Source: Auanema rhodensis (taxonomy: Eukaryota; Animalia; Nematoda). From it: 64,000 nucleotides of DNA. Numbering within the stretch: position 1 is the stretch's first letter; every line of letters begins with the position of its first letter. The DNA lies in assembly GCA_964057225.1 (NCBI GenBank), contig OZ059894.1:2542001-2606000 (forward strand). The letters are read 5' to 3'. Positions 42,181-57,100 of the stretch are shown here, one piece after another. The notes under the pieces are model-generated. The model did no database searches, was not told the DNA's origin, and saw only the letters and a list, made by a program, of their open reading frames with translations. Made by a program: the position numbers and the translations under genes.

Positions 42181-45100
42181 TAATCGTTTGAAAAATGATG
42201 CATTAGTGTATGTTGAGTTTCCATGTACACTCAACATTGCTTCCAAAAACATTTTGACAAAAATTTTTTCGGAAAATTTCAAGATAATTTAGCAAAAAGT
42301 AGATGTTTTTAGATTTCTTTTTTCAAGGCAAAGACGATGGACATTGTTATTCAACGAAAAAATTAATTCTTCAGGGTGAAAATCGAGGATATAAGTGTGA
42401 ACATATATCAGTTGATATCTCGGTGCATTTTTAAGCTAGCGCAAATCTGATAACACAGATCGACGCAGCTTAAAAATCCGCATCGAATGCACTATACTAC
42501 ATTGAGAAACGCTCAATACAAAAATTAGTTATGATCGTTTGAAAAATGATGCATTAGTGTATGTTGAGTTTCCATGTACACTCAACATTGCTTCCAAAAA
42601 CATTTTGACAAAAATTTTTTCGAAAAATTTCAAAATAATTTAGCAAAAAGTAGATGTTTTTAGATTTCTTTTTTCAAGGCGAAGACGATGGACATTCTTA
42701 TTCAACGAAAAAATTATTTCTTCAGGGTGAAAATCGAGGATATAAGTGTGAACATATATCAGTTGATATCTCGGTGCATTTTTAAGCTAGCGCAAATCTG
42801 ATAACACATATCGACGCAGCTTAAAAATCCGCATCGAATGCACTATACTACATTGAGAAACGCTCAATACAAAAATTAGTTATGATCGTTTGAAAAATGA
42901 TGCATTAGTGTATGTTGAGTTTCCATGTACACTCAACATTGCTTCCAAAAACATTTTGACAAAAATTTTTTCGAAAAATTTCAAAATAATTTAGCAAAAA
43001 GTAGATGTTTTCAGATTTTTTTTTCAAGGCAAAGACGATGGACAATGTTATTCAACGAAAAAATTAATTCTTCATGGTGAAAATCGAGGATATAAGTGTG
43101 AACTTATATCAGTTGATATCTCGGTGCATTTTTAAGCTAGCGCAAATCTGATAACACAGATCGACGCAGCTTAAAAATCCGCATCGAATGCACTATACTA
43201 CATTGAGAAACGCTAAATACAAAAATTAGTTATGATCGTTTGAAAAATGATGAATTAGTGTATGTTGAGTTTCCATGTACACTCAACATTGCTTCCAAAA
43301 ACATTTTGACAAAAATTTTTTCGAAAAATTTCAAAATAATTAAGCAAAAAGTAGATGTTTTTAGATTCCTTTTTTTAAGGCAAAGACGATGGACAATGTT
43401 ATTCAACGAAAAAATTAATTCTTCAGGGTGAAAATCGAGGATATAAGTGTGAACTTATATCAGTTGATATCTCGGTGCATTTTTAAGCTAGCGCAAATCT
43501 GATAACACAGATCGACGCAGCTTAAAAATCCGCATCGAATGCACTATACTACATTGAGAAACGCTCAATACAAAAATTAGTTATGATCGTTTGAAAAATG
43601 ATGCATTAGTGTATGTTGAGTTTCCATGTACACTCAACATTGCTTCCAAAAACATTTTGACAAAAATTTTTTCGAAAAATTTCAAAATAATTTAGCAAAA
43701 AGTAGATGTTTTTAGATTCCTTTTTTCAAGGCAAAGACGATGGACGATGTTATTCAACGAAAAAATTAATTCTTCAGGGTGAAAATCGAGGATATAAGTG
43801 TGAACTTATATCAGTTGATATCTCGGTGCATTTTCAAGCTAGCGCAAATCTGATAACACAGATCGACGCAGCTTAAAAATCCGCATCAAATGCACTATAT
43901 TACATTGAGAAACGCTCAATACAAAAATTAGTTATGATCGTTTGAAAAATGATGCATTAGTGTATGTTGAGTTTCCATGTACACTCAACATTGCTTCCAA
44001 AAACATTTTGACAAAAATTTTTTCGAAAAATTTCAAAATAATTTAGCAAAAAGTAGATGTTTTTAGATTCCTTTTTTCAAGGCAAAGACGATGGACTTTG
44101 TTATTCAACGAAAAAATCAATTCTTCAGGGTGAAAATCGAGGATCTAAGTGTGAACTTATATCAGTTGATATCTCGGTGCATTTTTAAGCTAGCGCAAAT
44201 CTGATAACACAGATCGACGCAGCTTACAAATCCGCATCGAATGCACTATACTACATTGAGAAACGCTCAATACAAAAATTAGTTATGATCGTTTGAAAAA
44301 TGATGCATTAGTGTATGTTGAGTTTCCATGTACACTCAACATTGCTTCCAAAAACATTTTGACAAAAATTTTTTCGAAAAATTTCAAAATATTTTAGCAA
44401 GAAGTAGATGTTTTTAGATTCCTTTTTTCAAGGCAAAGACGATGGACAATGTTATTCAACGAAAAAATAATTTCTTCAGGGTGAAAATCGAGGATATAAG
44501 TGTGAACTTATATCGGTTGATATCTCGGTACATTTTTAAGCTAGCGCAAATCTGATAACACAGATCGACGCAGCTTAAAAATCCGCATCAAATGCACTAT
44601 ACTACATTGAGAAACGCTCAATACAAAAATTAGTTATGATCGTTTGAAAAATGATGAATTAGTGTATGTTGAGTTTCCATGTACACTCAACATTGCTTCC
44701 AAAAACATTTTGACAAAAATTTTTTCGAAAAATTTCAAAATAATTTAGCAAAAAGTAGATGTTTTTAGATTCCTTTTTTCAAGGCAAAGACGATGGACGA
44801 TGTTATTCAACGAAAAAATTAATTCTTCAGGGTGAAAATCGAGGATATAAGTGTGAACTTATATCAGTTGATATCTCGGTGCATTTTCAAGCTAGCGCAA
44901 ATCTGATAACACAGATCGACGCAGCTTAAAAATCCGCATCAAATGCACTATACTACATTGAGAAACGCTCAATACAAAAATTAGTTATGATCGTTTGAAA
45001 AATGATGCATTAGTGTATGTTGAGTTTCCATGTACACTCAACATTGCTTCCAAAAACATTTTGACAAAAATTTTTTCGAAAAATTTCAAAATAATTTAGC

Positions 45101-48100
45101 AAAAAGTAGATGTTTTTAGATTTCTTTTTTCAAGGCGAAGACGATGGACATTGTTATTCAACGAAAAAATTAATTCTTCAGGGTGAAAATCGAGGATATA
45201 AGTGTGAACATATATCAGTTGATATCTCGGTGCATTTTTAAGCTAGCGCAAATCTGATAACACAGATCGACGCAGCTTAAAAATCCGCATCGAATGCACT
45301 ATACTACATTGAGAAACGCTCAATACAAAAATTAGTTATGATCGTTTGAAAAATGATGCATTAGTGTATGTTGAGTTTCCATGTACACTCAACATTGCTT
45401 CCAAAAACATTTTGACAAAAATTTTTTCGGAAAATTTCAAGATAATTTAGCAAAAAGTAGATGTTTTTAGATTCCTTTTTTCAAGGCAAAGACGATGGAC
45501 ATTGTTATTCAACGAAAAAATTAATTCTTCAGGGTGAAAATCGAGGATATAAGTGTGAACTTATATCAGTTGATATCTCGGTGCATTTTTAAGCTAGCGC
45601 AAATCTGATAACACAGATCGACGCAGCTTAAAAATCCGCATCGAATGCACTATATTACATTGAGAAACGCTCAATACAAAAATTAGTTATGATCGTTTGA
45701 AAAATGATGCATTAGTGTATGTTGAGTTTCCATGTACACTCAACATTGTTTCCAAAAACATTTTGACAAAAATTTTTTCGAAAAATTTCAAAATAATTTA
45801 GCAAAAAGTAGATGTTTTCAGATTTTTTTTTCAAGGCAAAGACGATGGACAATGTTATTCAACGAAAAAATTAATTCTTCATGGTGAAAATCGAGGATAT
45901 AAGTGTGAACTTATATCAGTTGATATCTCGGTGCATTTTTAAGCTAGCGCAAATCTGATAACACAGATCGACGCAGCTTAAAAATCCGCATCGAATGCAC
46001 TATACTACATTGAGAAACGCTAAATACAAAAATTAGTTATGATCGTTTGAAAAATGATGAATTAGTGTATGTTGAGTTTCCATGTACACTCAACATTGCT
46101 TCCAAAAACATTTTGACAAAAATGTTTTCGAAAAATTTCAAAATAATTAAGCAAAAAGTAGATGTTTTTAGATTCCTTTTTTTAAGGCAAAGACGATGGA
46201 CAATGTTATTCAACGAAAAAATTAATTCTTCAGGGTGAAAATCGAGGATATAAGTGTGAACTTATATCAGTTGATATCTCGGTGCATTTTTAAGCTAGCG
46301 CAAATCTGATAACACAGATCGACGCAGCTTAAAAATCCGCATCGAATGCACTATACCACATTGAGAAACGCTCAATACAAAAATTAGTTATGATCGTTTG
46401 AAAAATGATGCATTAGTGTATGTTGAGTTTCCATGTACACTCAACATTGCTTCCAAAACCATTTTGACAAAAATTTTTTCGAAAAATTTCAAAATAATTT
46501 AGCAAAAAGTAGATGTTTTTAGATTCCTTTTTTCAAGGCAAAGACGATGGACGATGTTATTCAACGAAAAAATTAATTCTTCAGGGTGAAAATCGAGGAT
46601 ATAAGTGTGAACTTATATCAGTTGATATCTCGGTGCATTTTCAAGCTAGCGCAAATCTGATAACACAGATCGACGCAGCTTAAAAATCCGCATCGAATGC
46701 ATTATACTACATTGAGAAACGCTTAATACAAAAATTAGTTATGATCGTTTGAAAAATGATGCATTAGTGTATGTTGAGTTTCCATGTACACTCAACATTG
46801 CTTCCAAAAACATTTTGACAAAAATTTTTTCGAAAAATTTCAAAATAATTTAGCAAAAAGTAGATGTTTTTAGATTCCTTTTTTCAAGGCAAAGACGATG
46901 GACATTGTTATTCAACGAAAAAATTAATTCTTCAGGGTGAAAATCGAGGATATAAGTGTGAACTTATATCAGTTGATATCTCGGTGCATTTTTAAGCTAG
47001 CGCAAATCTGATAACACAGATCGACGCAGCTTAAAAATCCGCATCGAATGCACTATACTACATTGAGAAACGCTTAATACAAAAATTAGTTATAATCGTT
47101 TGAAAAATGATGCATTAGTGTATGTTGAGTTTCCATGTACACTCAACATTGCTTCCAAAAACATTTTGACAAAAATTTTTTCGGAAAATTTCGAGATAAT
47201 TTAGCAAAAAGTAGATGTTTTTAGATTTCTTTTTTCAAGGCAAAGACGATGGACATTGTTATTCAACGAAAAAATTAATTCTTCAGGGTGAAAATCGAGG
47301 ATATAAGTGTGAACATATATCAGTTGATATCTCGGTGCATTTTTAAGCTAGCGCAAATCTGATAACACAGATCGACGCAGCTTAAAAATCCGCATCGAAT
47401 GCACTATACTACATTGAGAAACGCTCAATACAAAAATTAGTTATGATCGTTTGAAAAATGATGCATTAGTGTATGTTGAGTTTCCATGTACACTCAACAT
47501 TGCTTCCAAAAACATTTTGACAAAAATTTTTTCGGAAAATTTCAAGATAATTTAGCAAAAAGTAGATGTTTTTAGATTCCTTTTTTCAAGGCAAAGACGA
47601 TGGACATTGTTATTCAACGAAAAAATTAATTCTTCAGGGTGAAAATCGAGGATATAAGTGTGAACTTATATCAGTTGATATCTCGGTGCATTTTTAAGCT
47701 AGCGCAAATCTGATAACACATATCGACGCAGCTTAAAAATCCGCATCGAATGCACTATACTACATTGAGAAACGCTCAATACAAAAATTAGTTATGATCG
47801 TTTGAAAAATGATGCATTAGTGTATGTTGAGTTTCCATGTACACTCAACATTGCTTCCAAAAACATTTTGACAAAAATTTTTTCGAAAAATTTCAAAATA
47901 ATTTAGCAAAAAGTAGATGTTTTTAGATTCCTTTTTTCAAGGCAAAGACGATGGACTTTGTTATTCAACGAAAAAATCAATTCTTCAGGGTGAAAATCGA
48001 GGATCTAAGTGTGAACTTATATCAGTTGATATCTCGGTGCATTTTTAAGCTAGCGCAAATCTGATAACACAGATCGACGCAGCTTACAAATCCGCATCGA

Positions 48101-51100
48101 ATGCACTATACTACATTGAGAAACGCTCAATACAAAAATTAGTTATGATCGTTTGAAAAATGATGCATTAGTGTATGTTGAGTTTCCATGTACACTCAAC
48201 ATTGCTTCCAAAAACATTTTGACAAAAATTTTTTCGAAAAATTTCAAAATATTTTAGCAAGAAGTAGATGTTTTTAGATTCCTTTTTTCAAGGCAAAGAC
48301 GATGGACAATGTTATTCAACGAAAAAATAATTTCTTCAGGGTGAAAATCGAGGATATAAGTGTGAACTTATATCAGTTGATATCTCGGTACATTTTTAAG
48401 CTAGCGCAAATCTGATAACACAGATCGACGCAGCTTAAAAATCCGCATCAAATGCACTATACTACATTGAGAAACGCTCAATACAAAAATTAGTTATGAT
48501 CGTTTGAAAAATGATGAATTAGTGTATGTTGAGTTTCCATGTACACTCAACATTGCTTCCAAAAACATTTTGACAAAAATTTTTTCGAAAAATTTCAAAA
48601 TAATTTAGCAAAAAGTAGATGTTTTTAGATTCCTTTTTTCAAGGCAAAGACGATGGACGATGTTATTCAACGAAAAAATTAATTCTTCAGGGTGAAAATC
48701 GAGGATATAAGTGTGAACTTATATCAGTTGATATCTCGGTGCATTTTCAAGCTAGCGCAAATCTGATAACACAGATCGACGCAGCTTAAAAATCCGCATC
48801 AAATGCACTATACTACATTGAGAAACGCTCAATACAAAAATTAGTTATGATCGTTTGAAAAATGATGCATTAGTGTATGTTGAGTTTCCATGTACACTCA
48901 ACATTGCTTCCAAAAACATTTTGACAAAAATTTTTTCGGAAAATTTCAAGATAATTTAGCAAAAAGTAGATGTTTTTAGATTCCTTTTTTCAAGGCAAAG
49001 ACGATGGACATTGTTATTCAACGAAAAAATTAATTCTTCAGGGTGAAAATCGAGGATATAAGTGTGAACTTATATCAGTTGATATCTCGGTGCATTTTTA
49101 AGCTAGCGCAAATCTGATAACACAGATCGACGCAGCTTAAAAATCCGCATCGAATGCACTATATTACATTGAGAAACGCTCAATACAAAAATTAGTTATG
49201 ATCGTTTGAAAAATGATGCATTAGTGTATGTTGAGTTTCCATGTACACTCAACATTGTTTCCAAAAACATTTTGACAAAAATTTTTTCGAAAAATTTCAA
49301 AATAATTTAGCAAAAAGTAGATGTTTTCAGATTTTTTTTTCAAGGCAAAGACGATGGACAATGTTATTCAACGAAAAAATTAATTCTTCATGGTGAAAAT
49401 CGAGGATATAAGTGTGAACTTATATCAGTTGATATCTCGGTGCATTTTTAAGCTAGCGCAAATCTGATAACACAGATCGACGCAGCTTAAAAATCCGCAT
49501 CGAATGCACTATACTACATTGAGAAACGCTAAATACAAAAATTAGTTATGATCGTTTGAAAAATGATGAATTAGTGTATGTTGAGTTTCCATGTACACTC
49601 AACATTGCTTCCAAAAACATTTTGACAAAAATGTTTTCGAAAAATTTCAAAATAATTAAGCAAAAAGTAGATGTTTTTAGATTCCTTTTTTTAAGGCAAA
49701 GACGATGGACAATGTTATTCAACGAAAAAATTAATTCTTCAGGGTGAAAATCGAGGATATAAGTGTGAACTTATATCAGTTGATATCTCGGTGCATTTTT
49801 AAGCTAGCGCAAATCTGATAACACAGATCGACGCAGCTTAAAAATCCGCATCGAATGCACTATACCACATTGAGAAACGCTCAATACAAAAATTAGTTAT
49901 GATCGTTTGAAAAATGATGCATTAGTGTATGTTGAGTTTCCATGTACACTCAACATTGCTTCCAAAAACATTTTGACAAAAATTTTTTCGAAAAATTTCA
50001 AAATAATTTAGCAAAAAGTAGATGTTTTTAGATTCCTTTTTTCAAGGCAAAGACGATGGACGATGTTATTCAACGAAAAAATTAATTCTTCAGGGTGAAA
50101 ATCGAGGATATAAGTGTGAACTTATATCAGTTGATATCTCGGTGCATTTTCAAGCTAGCGCAAATCTGATAACACAGATCGACGCAGCTTAAAAATCCGC
50201 ATCAAATGCACTATACTACATTGAGAAACGCTCAATACAAAAATTAGTTATGATCGTTTGAAAAATGATGCATTAGTGTATGTTGAGTTTCCATGTACAC
50301 TCAACATTGCTTCCAAAAACATTTTGACAAAAATTTTTTCGGAAAATTTCAAGATAATTTAGCAAAAAGTAGATGTTTTTAGATTCCTTTTTTCAAGGCA
50401 AAGACGATGGACATTGTTATTCAACGAAAAAATTAATTCTTCAGGGTGAAAATCGAGGATATAAGTGTGAACTTATATCAGTTGATATCTCGGTGCATTT
50501 TTAAGCTAGCGCAAATCTGATAACACAGATCGACGCAGCTTAAAAATCCGCATCGAATGCACTATATTACATTGAGAAACGCTCAATACAAAAATTAGTT
50601 ATGATCGTTTGAAAAATGATGCATTAGTGTATGTTGAGTTTCCATGTACACTCAACATTGTTTCCAAAAACATTTTGACAAAAATTTTTTCGAAAAATTT
50701 CAAAATAATTTAGCAAAAAGTAGATGTTTTCAGATTTTTTTTTCAAGGCAAAGACGATGGACAATGTTATTCAACGAAAAAATTAATTCTTCATGGTGAA
50801 AATCGAGGATATAAGTGTGAACTTATATCAGTTGATATCTCGGTGCATTTTTAAGCTAGCGCAAATCTGATAACACAGATCGACGCAGCTTAAAAATCCG
50901 CATCGAATGCACTATACTACATTGAGAAACGCTAAATACAAAAATTAGTTATGATCGTTTGAAAAATGATGAATTAGTGTATGTTGAGTTTCCATGTACA
51001 CTCAACATTGCTTCCAAAAACATTTTGACAAAAATGTTTTCGAAAAATTTCAAAATAATTAAGCAAAAAGTAGATGTTTTTAGATTCCTTTTTTTAAGGC

Positions 51101-54100
51101 AAAGACGATGGACAATGTTATTCAACGAAAAAATTAATTCTTCAGGGTGAAAATCGAGGATATAAGTGTGAACTTATATCAGTTGATATCTCGGTGCATT
51201 TTTAAGCTAGCGCAAATCTGATAACACAGATCGACGCAGCTTAAAAATCCGCATCGAATGCACTATACCACATTGAGAAACGCTCAATACAAAAATTAGT
51301 TATGATCGTTTGAAAAATGATGCATTAGTGTATGTTGAGTTTCCATGTACACTCAACATTGCTTCCAAAAACATTTTGACAAAAATTTTTTCGAAAAATT
51401 TCAAAATAATTTAGCAAAAAGTAGATGTTTTTAGATTCCTTTTTTCAAGGCAAAGACGATGGACGATGTTATTCAACGAAAAAATTAATTCTTCAGGGTG
51501 AAAATCGAGGATATAAGTGTGAACTTATATCAGTTGATATCTCGGTGCATTTTCAAGCTAGCGCAAATCTGATAACACAGATCGACGCAGCTTAAAAATC
51601 CGCATCGAATGCATTATACCACATTGAGAAACGCTCAATACAAAAATTAGTTATGATCGTTTGAAAAATGATGCATTAGTGTATGTTGAGTTTCCATGTA
51701 CACTCAACATTGCTTCCAAAAACATTTTGACAAAAATTTTTTCGAAAAATTTCAAAATAATTTAGCAAAAAGTAGATGTTTTTAGATTCCTTTTTTCAAG
51801 GCAAAGACGATGGACGATGTTATTCAACGAAAAAATTAATTCTTCAGGGTGAAAATCGAGGATATAAGTGTGAACTTATATCAGTTGATATCTCGGTGCA
51901 TTTTCAAGCTAGCGCAAATCTGATAACACAGATCGACGCAGCTTAAAAATCCGCATCGAATGCATTATACCACATTGAGAAACGCTCAATACAAAAATTA
52001 GTTATGATCGTTTGAAAAATGATGCATTAGTGTATGTTGAGTTTCCATGTACACTCAACATTGCTTCCAAAAACATTTTGACAAAAATTTTTTCGAAAAA
52101 TTTCAAAATAATTTAGCAAAAAGTAGATGTTTTTAGATTCCTTTTTTCAAGGCAAAGACGATGGACGATGTTATTCAACGAAAAAATTAATTCTTCAGGG
52201 TGAAAATCGAGGATATAAGTGTGAACTTATATCAGTTGATATCTCGGTGCATTTTCAAGCTAGCGCAAATCTGATAACACAGATCGACGCAGCTTAAAAA
52301 TCCGCATCGAATGCATTATACTACATTGAGAAACGCTTAATACAAAAATTAGTTATGATCGTTTGAAAAATGATGCATTAGTGTATGTTGAGTTTCCATG
52401 TACACTCAACATTGCTTCCAAAAACATTTTGACAAAAATTTTTTCGAAAAATTTCAAAATAATTTAGCAAAAAGTAGATGTTTTTAGATTCCTTTTTTCA
52501 AGGCAAAGACGATGGACATTGTTATTCAACGAAAAAATTAATTCTTCAGGGTGAAAATCGAGGATATAAGTGTGAACTTATATCAGTTGATATCTCGGTG
52601 CATTTTTAAGCTAGCGCAAATCTGATAACACAGATCGACGCAGCTTAAAAATCCGCATCGAATGCACTATACTACATTGAGAAACGCTTAATACAAAAAT
52701 TAGTTATAATCGTTTGAAAAATGATGCATTAGTGTATGTTGAGTTTCCATGTACACTCAACATTGCTTCCAAAAACATTTTGACAAAAATTTTTTCGGAA
52801 AATTTCAAGATAATTTAGCAAAAAGTAGATGTTTTTAGATTTCTTTTTTCAAGGCAAAGACGATGGACATTGTTATTCAACGAAAAAATCAATTCTTCAG
52901 GGTGAAAATCGAGGATCTAAGTGTGAACTTATATCAGTTGATATCTCGGTGCATTTTTAAGCTAGCGCAAATCTGATAACACAGATCGACGCAGCTTAAA
53001 AATCCGCATCAAATGCACTATACTACATTGAGAAACGCTCAATACAAAAATTAGTTATGATCGTTTGAAAAATGATGAATTAGTGTATGTTGAGTTTCCA
53101 TGTACACTCAACATTGCTTCCAAAAACATTTTGACAAAAATTTTTTCGAAAAATTTCAAAATAATTTAGCAAAAAGTAGATGTTTTTAGATTCCTTTTTT
53201 CAAGGCAAAGACGATGGACATTGTTATTCAACGAAAAAATTAATTCTTCAGGGTGAAAATCGAGGATATAAGTGTGAACTTATATCAGTTGATATCTCGG
53301 TGCATTTTTAAGCTAGCGCAAATCTGATAACACAGATCGACGCAGCTTAAAAATCCGCATCGAATGCACTATACTACATTGAGAAACGCTTAATACAAAA
53401 ATTAGTTATAATCGTTTGAAAAATGATGCATTAGTGTATGTTGAGTTTCCATGTACACTCAACATTGCTTCCAAAAACATTTTGACAAAAATTTTTTCGG
53501 AAAATTTCAAGATAATTTAGCAAAAAGTAGATGTTTTTAGATTTCTTTTTTCAAGGCAAAGACGATGGACATTGTTATTCAACGAAAAAATTAATTCTTC
53601 AGGGTGAAAATCGAGGATATAAGTGTGAACATATATCAGTTGATATCTCGGTGCATTTTTAAGCTAGCGCAAATCTGATAACACAGATCGACGCAGCTTA
53701 AAAATCCGCATCGAATGCACTATACTACATTGAGAAACGCTCAATACAAAAATTAGTTATGATCGTTTGAAAAATGATGCATTAGTGTATGTTGAGTTTC
53801 CATGTACACTCAACATTGCTTCCAAAAACATTTTGACAAAAATTTTTTCGAAAAATTTCAGAATAATTTAGCAAAAAGTAGATGTTTTTAGATTTCTTTT
53901 TTCAAGGCGAAGACGATGGACATTCTTATTCAACAAAAAAATTATTTCTTCAGGGTGAAAATCGAGGATATAAGTGTGAACATATATCAGTTGATATCTC
54001 GGTGCATTTTTAAGCTAGCGCAAATCTGATAACACAGATCGACGCAGCTTAAAAATCCGCATCGAATGCACTATACTACATTGAGAAACGCTCAATACAA

Positions 54101-57100
54101 AAATTAGTTATGATCGTTTGAAAAATGATGCATTAGTGTATGTTGAGTTTCCATGTACACTCAACATTGCTTCCAAAAACATTTTGACAAAAATTTTTTC
54201 GGAAAATTTCAAGATAATTTAGCAAAAAGTAGATGTTTTTAGATTCCTTTTTTCAAGGCAAAGACGATGGACATTGTTATTCAACGAAAAAATTAATTCT
54301 TCAGGGTGAAAATCGAGGATATAAGTGTGAACTTATATCAGTTGATATCTCGGTGCATTTTTAAGCTAGCGCAAATCTGATAACACATATCGACGCAGCT
54401 TAAAAATCCGCATCGAATGCACTATACTACATTGAGAAACGCTCAATACAAAAATTAGTTATGATCGTTTGAAAAATGATGCATTAGTGTATGTTGAGTT
54501 TCCATGTACACTCAACATTGCTTCCAAAAACATTTTGACAAAAATTTTTTCGAAAAATTTCAAAATAATTTAGCAAAAAGTAGATGTTTTCAGATTTTTT
54601 TTTCAAGGCAAAGACGATGGACAATGTTATTCAACGAAAAAATTAATTCTTCATGGTGAAAATCGAGGATATAAGTGTGAACTTATATCAGTTGATATCT
54701 CGGTGCATTTTTAAGCTAGCGCAAATCTGATAACACAGATCGACGCAGCTTAAAAATCCGCATCGAATGCACTATACTACATTGAGAAACGCTAAATACA
54801 AAAATTAGTTATGATCGTTTGAAAAATGATGAATTAGTGTATGTTGAGTTTCCATGTACACTCAACATTGCTTCCAAAAACATTTTGACAAAAATTTTTT
54901 CGAAAAATTTCAAAATAATTAAGCAAAAAGTAGATGTTTTTAGATTCCTTTTTTTAAGGCAAAGACGATGGACAATGTTATTCAACGAAAAAATTAATTC
55001 TTCAGGGTGAAAATCGAGGATATAAGTGTGAACTTATATCAGTTGATATCTCGGTGCATTTTTAAGCTAGCGCAAATCTGATAACACAGATCGACGCAGC
55101 TTAAAAATCCGCATCGAATGCACTATACTACATTGAGAAACGCTCAATACAAAAATTAGTTATGATCGTTTGAAAAATGATGCATTAGTGTATGTTGAGT
55201 TTCCATGTACACTCAACATTGCTTCCAAAAACATTTTGACAAAAATTTTTTCGAAAAATTTCAAAATAATTTAGCAAAAAGTAGATGTTTTTAGATTCCT
55301 TTTTTCAAGGCAAAGACGATGGACGATGTTATTCAACGAAAAAATTAATTCTTCAGGGTGAAAATCGAGGATATAAGTGTGAACTTATATCAGTTGATAT
55401 CTCGGTGCATTTTCAAGCTAGCGCAAATCTGATAACACAGATCGACGCAGCTTAAAAATCCGCATCAAATGCACTATACTACATTGAGAAACGCTCAATA
55501 CAAAAATTAGTTATGATCGTTTGAAAAATGATGCATTAGTGTATGTTGAGTTTCCATGTACACTCAACATTGCTTCCAAAAACATTTTGACAAAAATTTT
55601 TTCGAAAAATTTCAAAATAATTTAGCAAAAAGTAGATGTTTTTAGATTCCTTTTTTCAAGGCAAAGACGATGGACTTTGTTATTCAACGAAAAAATCAAT
55701 TCTTCAGGGTGAAAATCGAGGATCTAAGTGTGAACTTATATCAGTTGATATCTCGGTGCATTTTTAAGCTAGCGCAAATCTGATAACACAGATCGACGCA
55801 GCTTAAAAATCCGCATCAAATGCACTATACTACATTGAGAAACGCTCAATACAAAAATTAGTTATGATCGTTTGAAAAATGATGAATTAGTGTATGTTGA
55901 GTTTCCATGTACACTCAACATTGCTTCCAAAAACATTTTGACAAAAATTTTTTCGAAAAATTTCAAAATAATTTAGCAAAAAGTAGATGTTTTTAGATTC
56001 CTTTTTTCAAGGCAAAGACGATGGACGATGTTATTCAACGAAAAAATTAATTCTTCAGGGTGAAAATCGAGGATATAAGTGTGAACTTATATCAGTTGAT
56101 ATCTCGGTGCATTTTCAAGCTAGCGCAAATCTGATAACACAGATCGACGCAGCTTAAAAATCCGCATCAAATGCACTATACTACATTGAGAAACGCTCAA
56201 TACAAAAATTAGTTATGATCGTTTGAAAAATGATGCATTAGTGTATGTTGAGTTTCCATGTACACTCAACATTGCTTCCAAAAACATTTTGACAAAAATT
56301 TTTTCGAAAAATTTCAAAATAATTTAGCAAAAAGTAGATGTTTTTAGATTCCTTTTTTCAAGGCAAAGACGATGGACGATGTTATTCAACGAAAAAATTA
56401 ATTCTTCAGGGTGAAAATCGAGGATATAAGTGTGAACTTATATCAGTTGATATCTCGGTGCATTTTCAAGCTAGCGCAAATCTGATAACACAGATCGACG
56501 CAGCTTAAAAATCCGCATCAAATGCACTATACTACATTGAGAAACGCTCAATACAAAAATTAGTTATGATCGTTTGAAAAATGATGCATTAGTGTATGTT
56601 GAGTTTCCATGTACACTCAACATTGCTTCCAAAAACATTTTGACAAAAATTTTTTCGAAAAATTTCAAAATAATTTAGCAAAAAGTAGATGTTTTTAGAT
56701 TCCTTTTTTCAAGGCAAAGACGATGGACTTTGTTATTCAACGAAAAAATCAATTCTTCAGGGTGAAAATCGAGGATCTAAGTGTGAACTTATATCAGTTG
56801 ATATCTCGGTGCATTTTTAAGCTAGCGCAAATCTGATAACACAGATCGACGCAGCTTAAAAATCCGCATCGAATGCACTATACTACATTGAGAAACGCTC
56901 AATACAAAAATTAGTTATGATCGTTTGAAAAATGATGCATTAGTGTATGTTGAGTTTCCATGTACACTCAACATTGCTTCCAAAAACATTTTGACAAAAA
57001 TTTTTTCGAAAAATTTCAAAATATTTTAGCAAGAAGTAGATGTTTTTAGATTCCTTTTTTCAAGGCAAAGACGATGGACGATGTTATTCAACGAAAAAAT

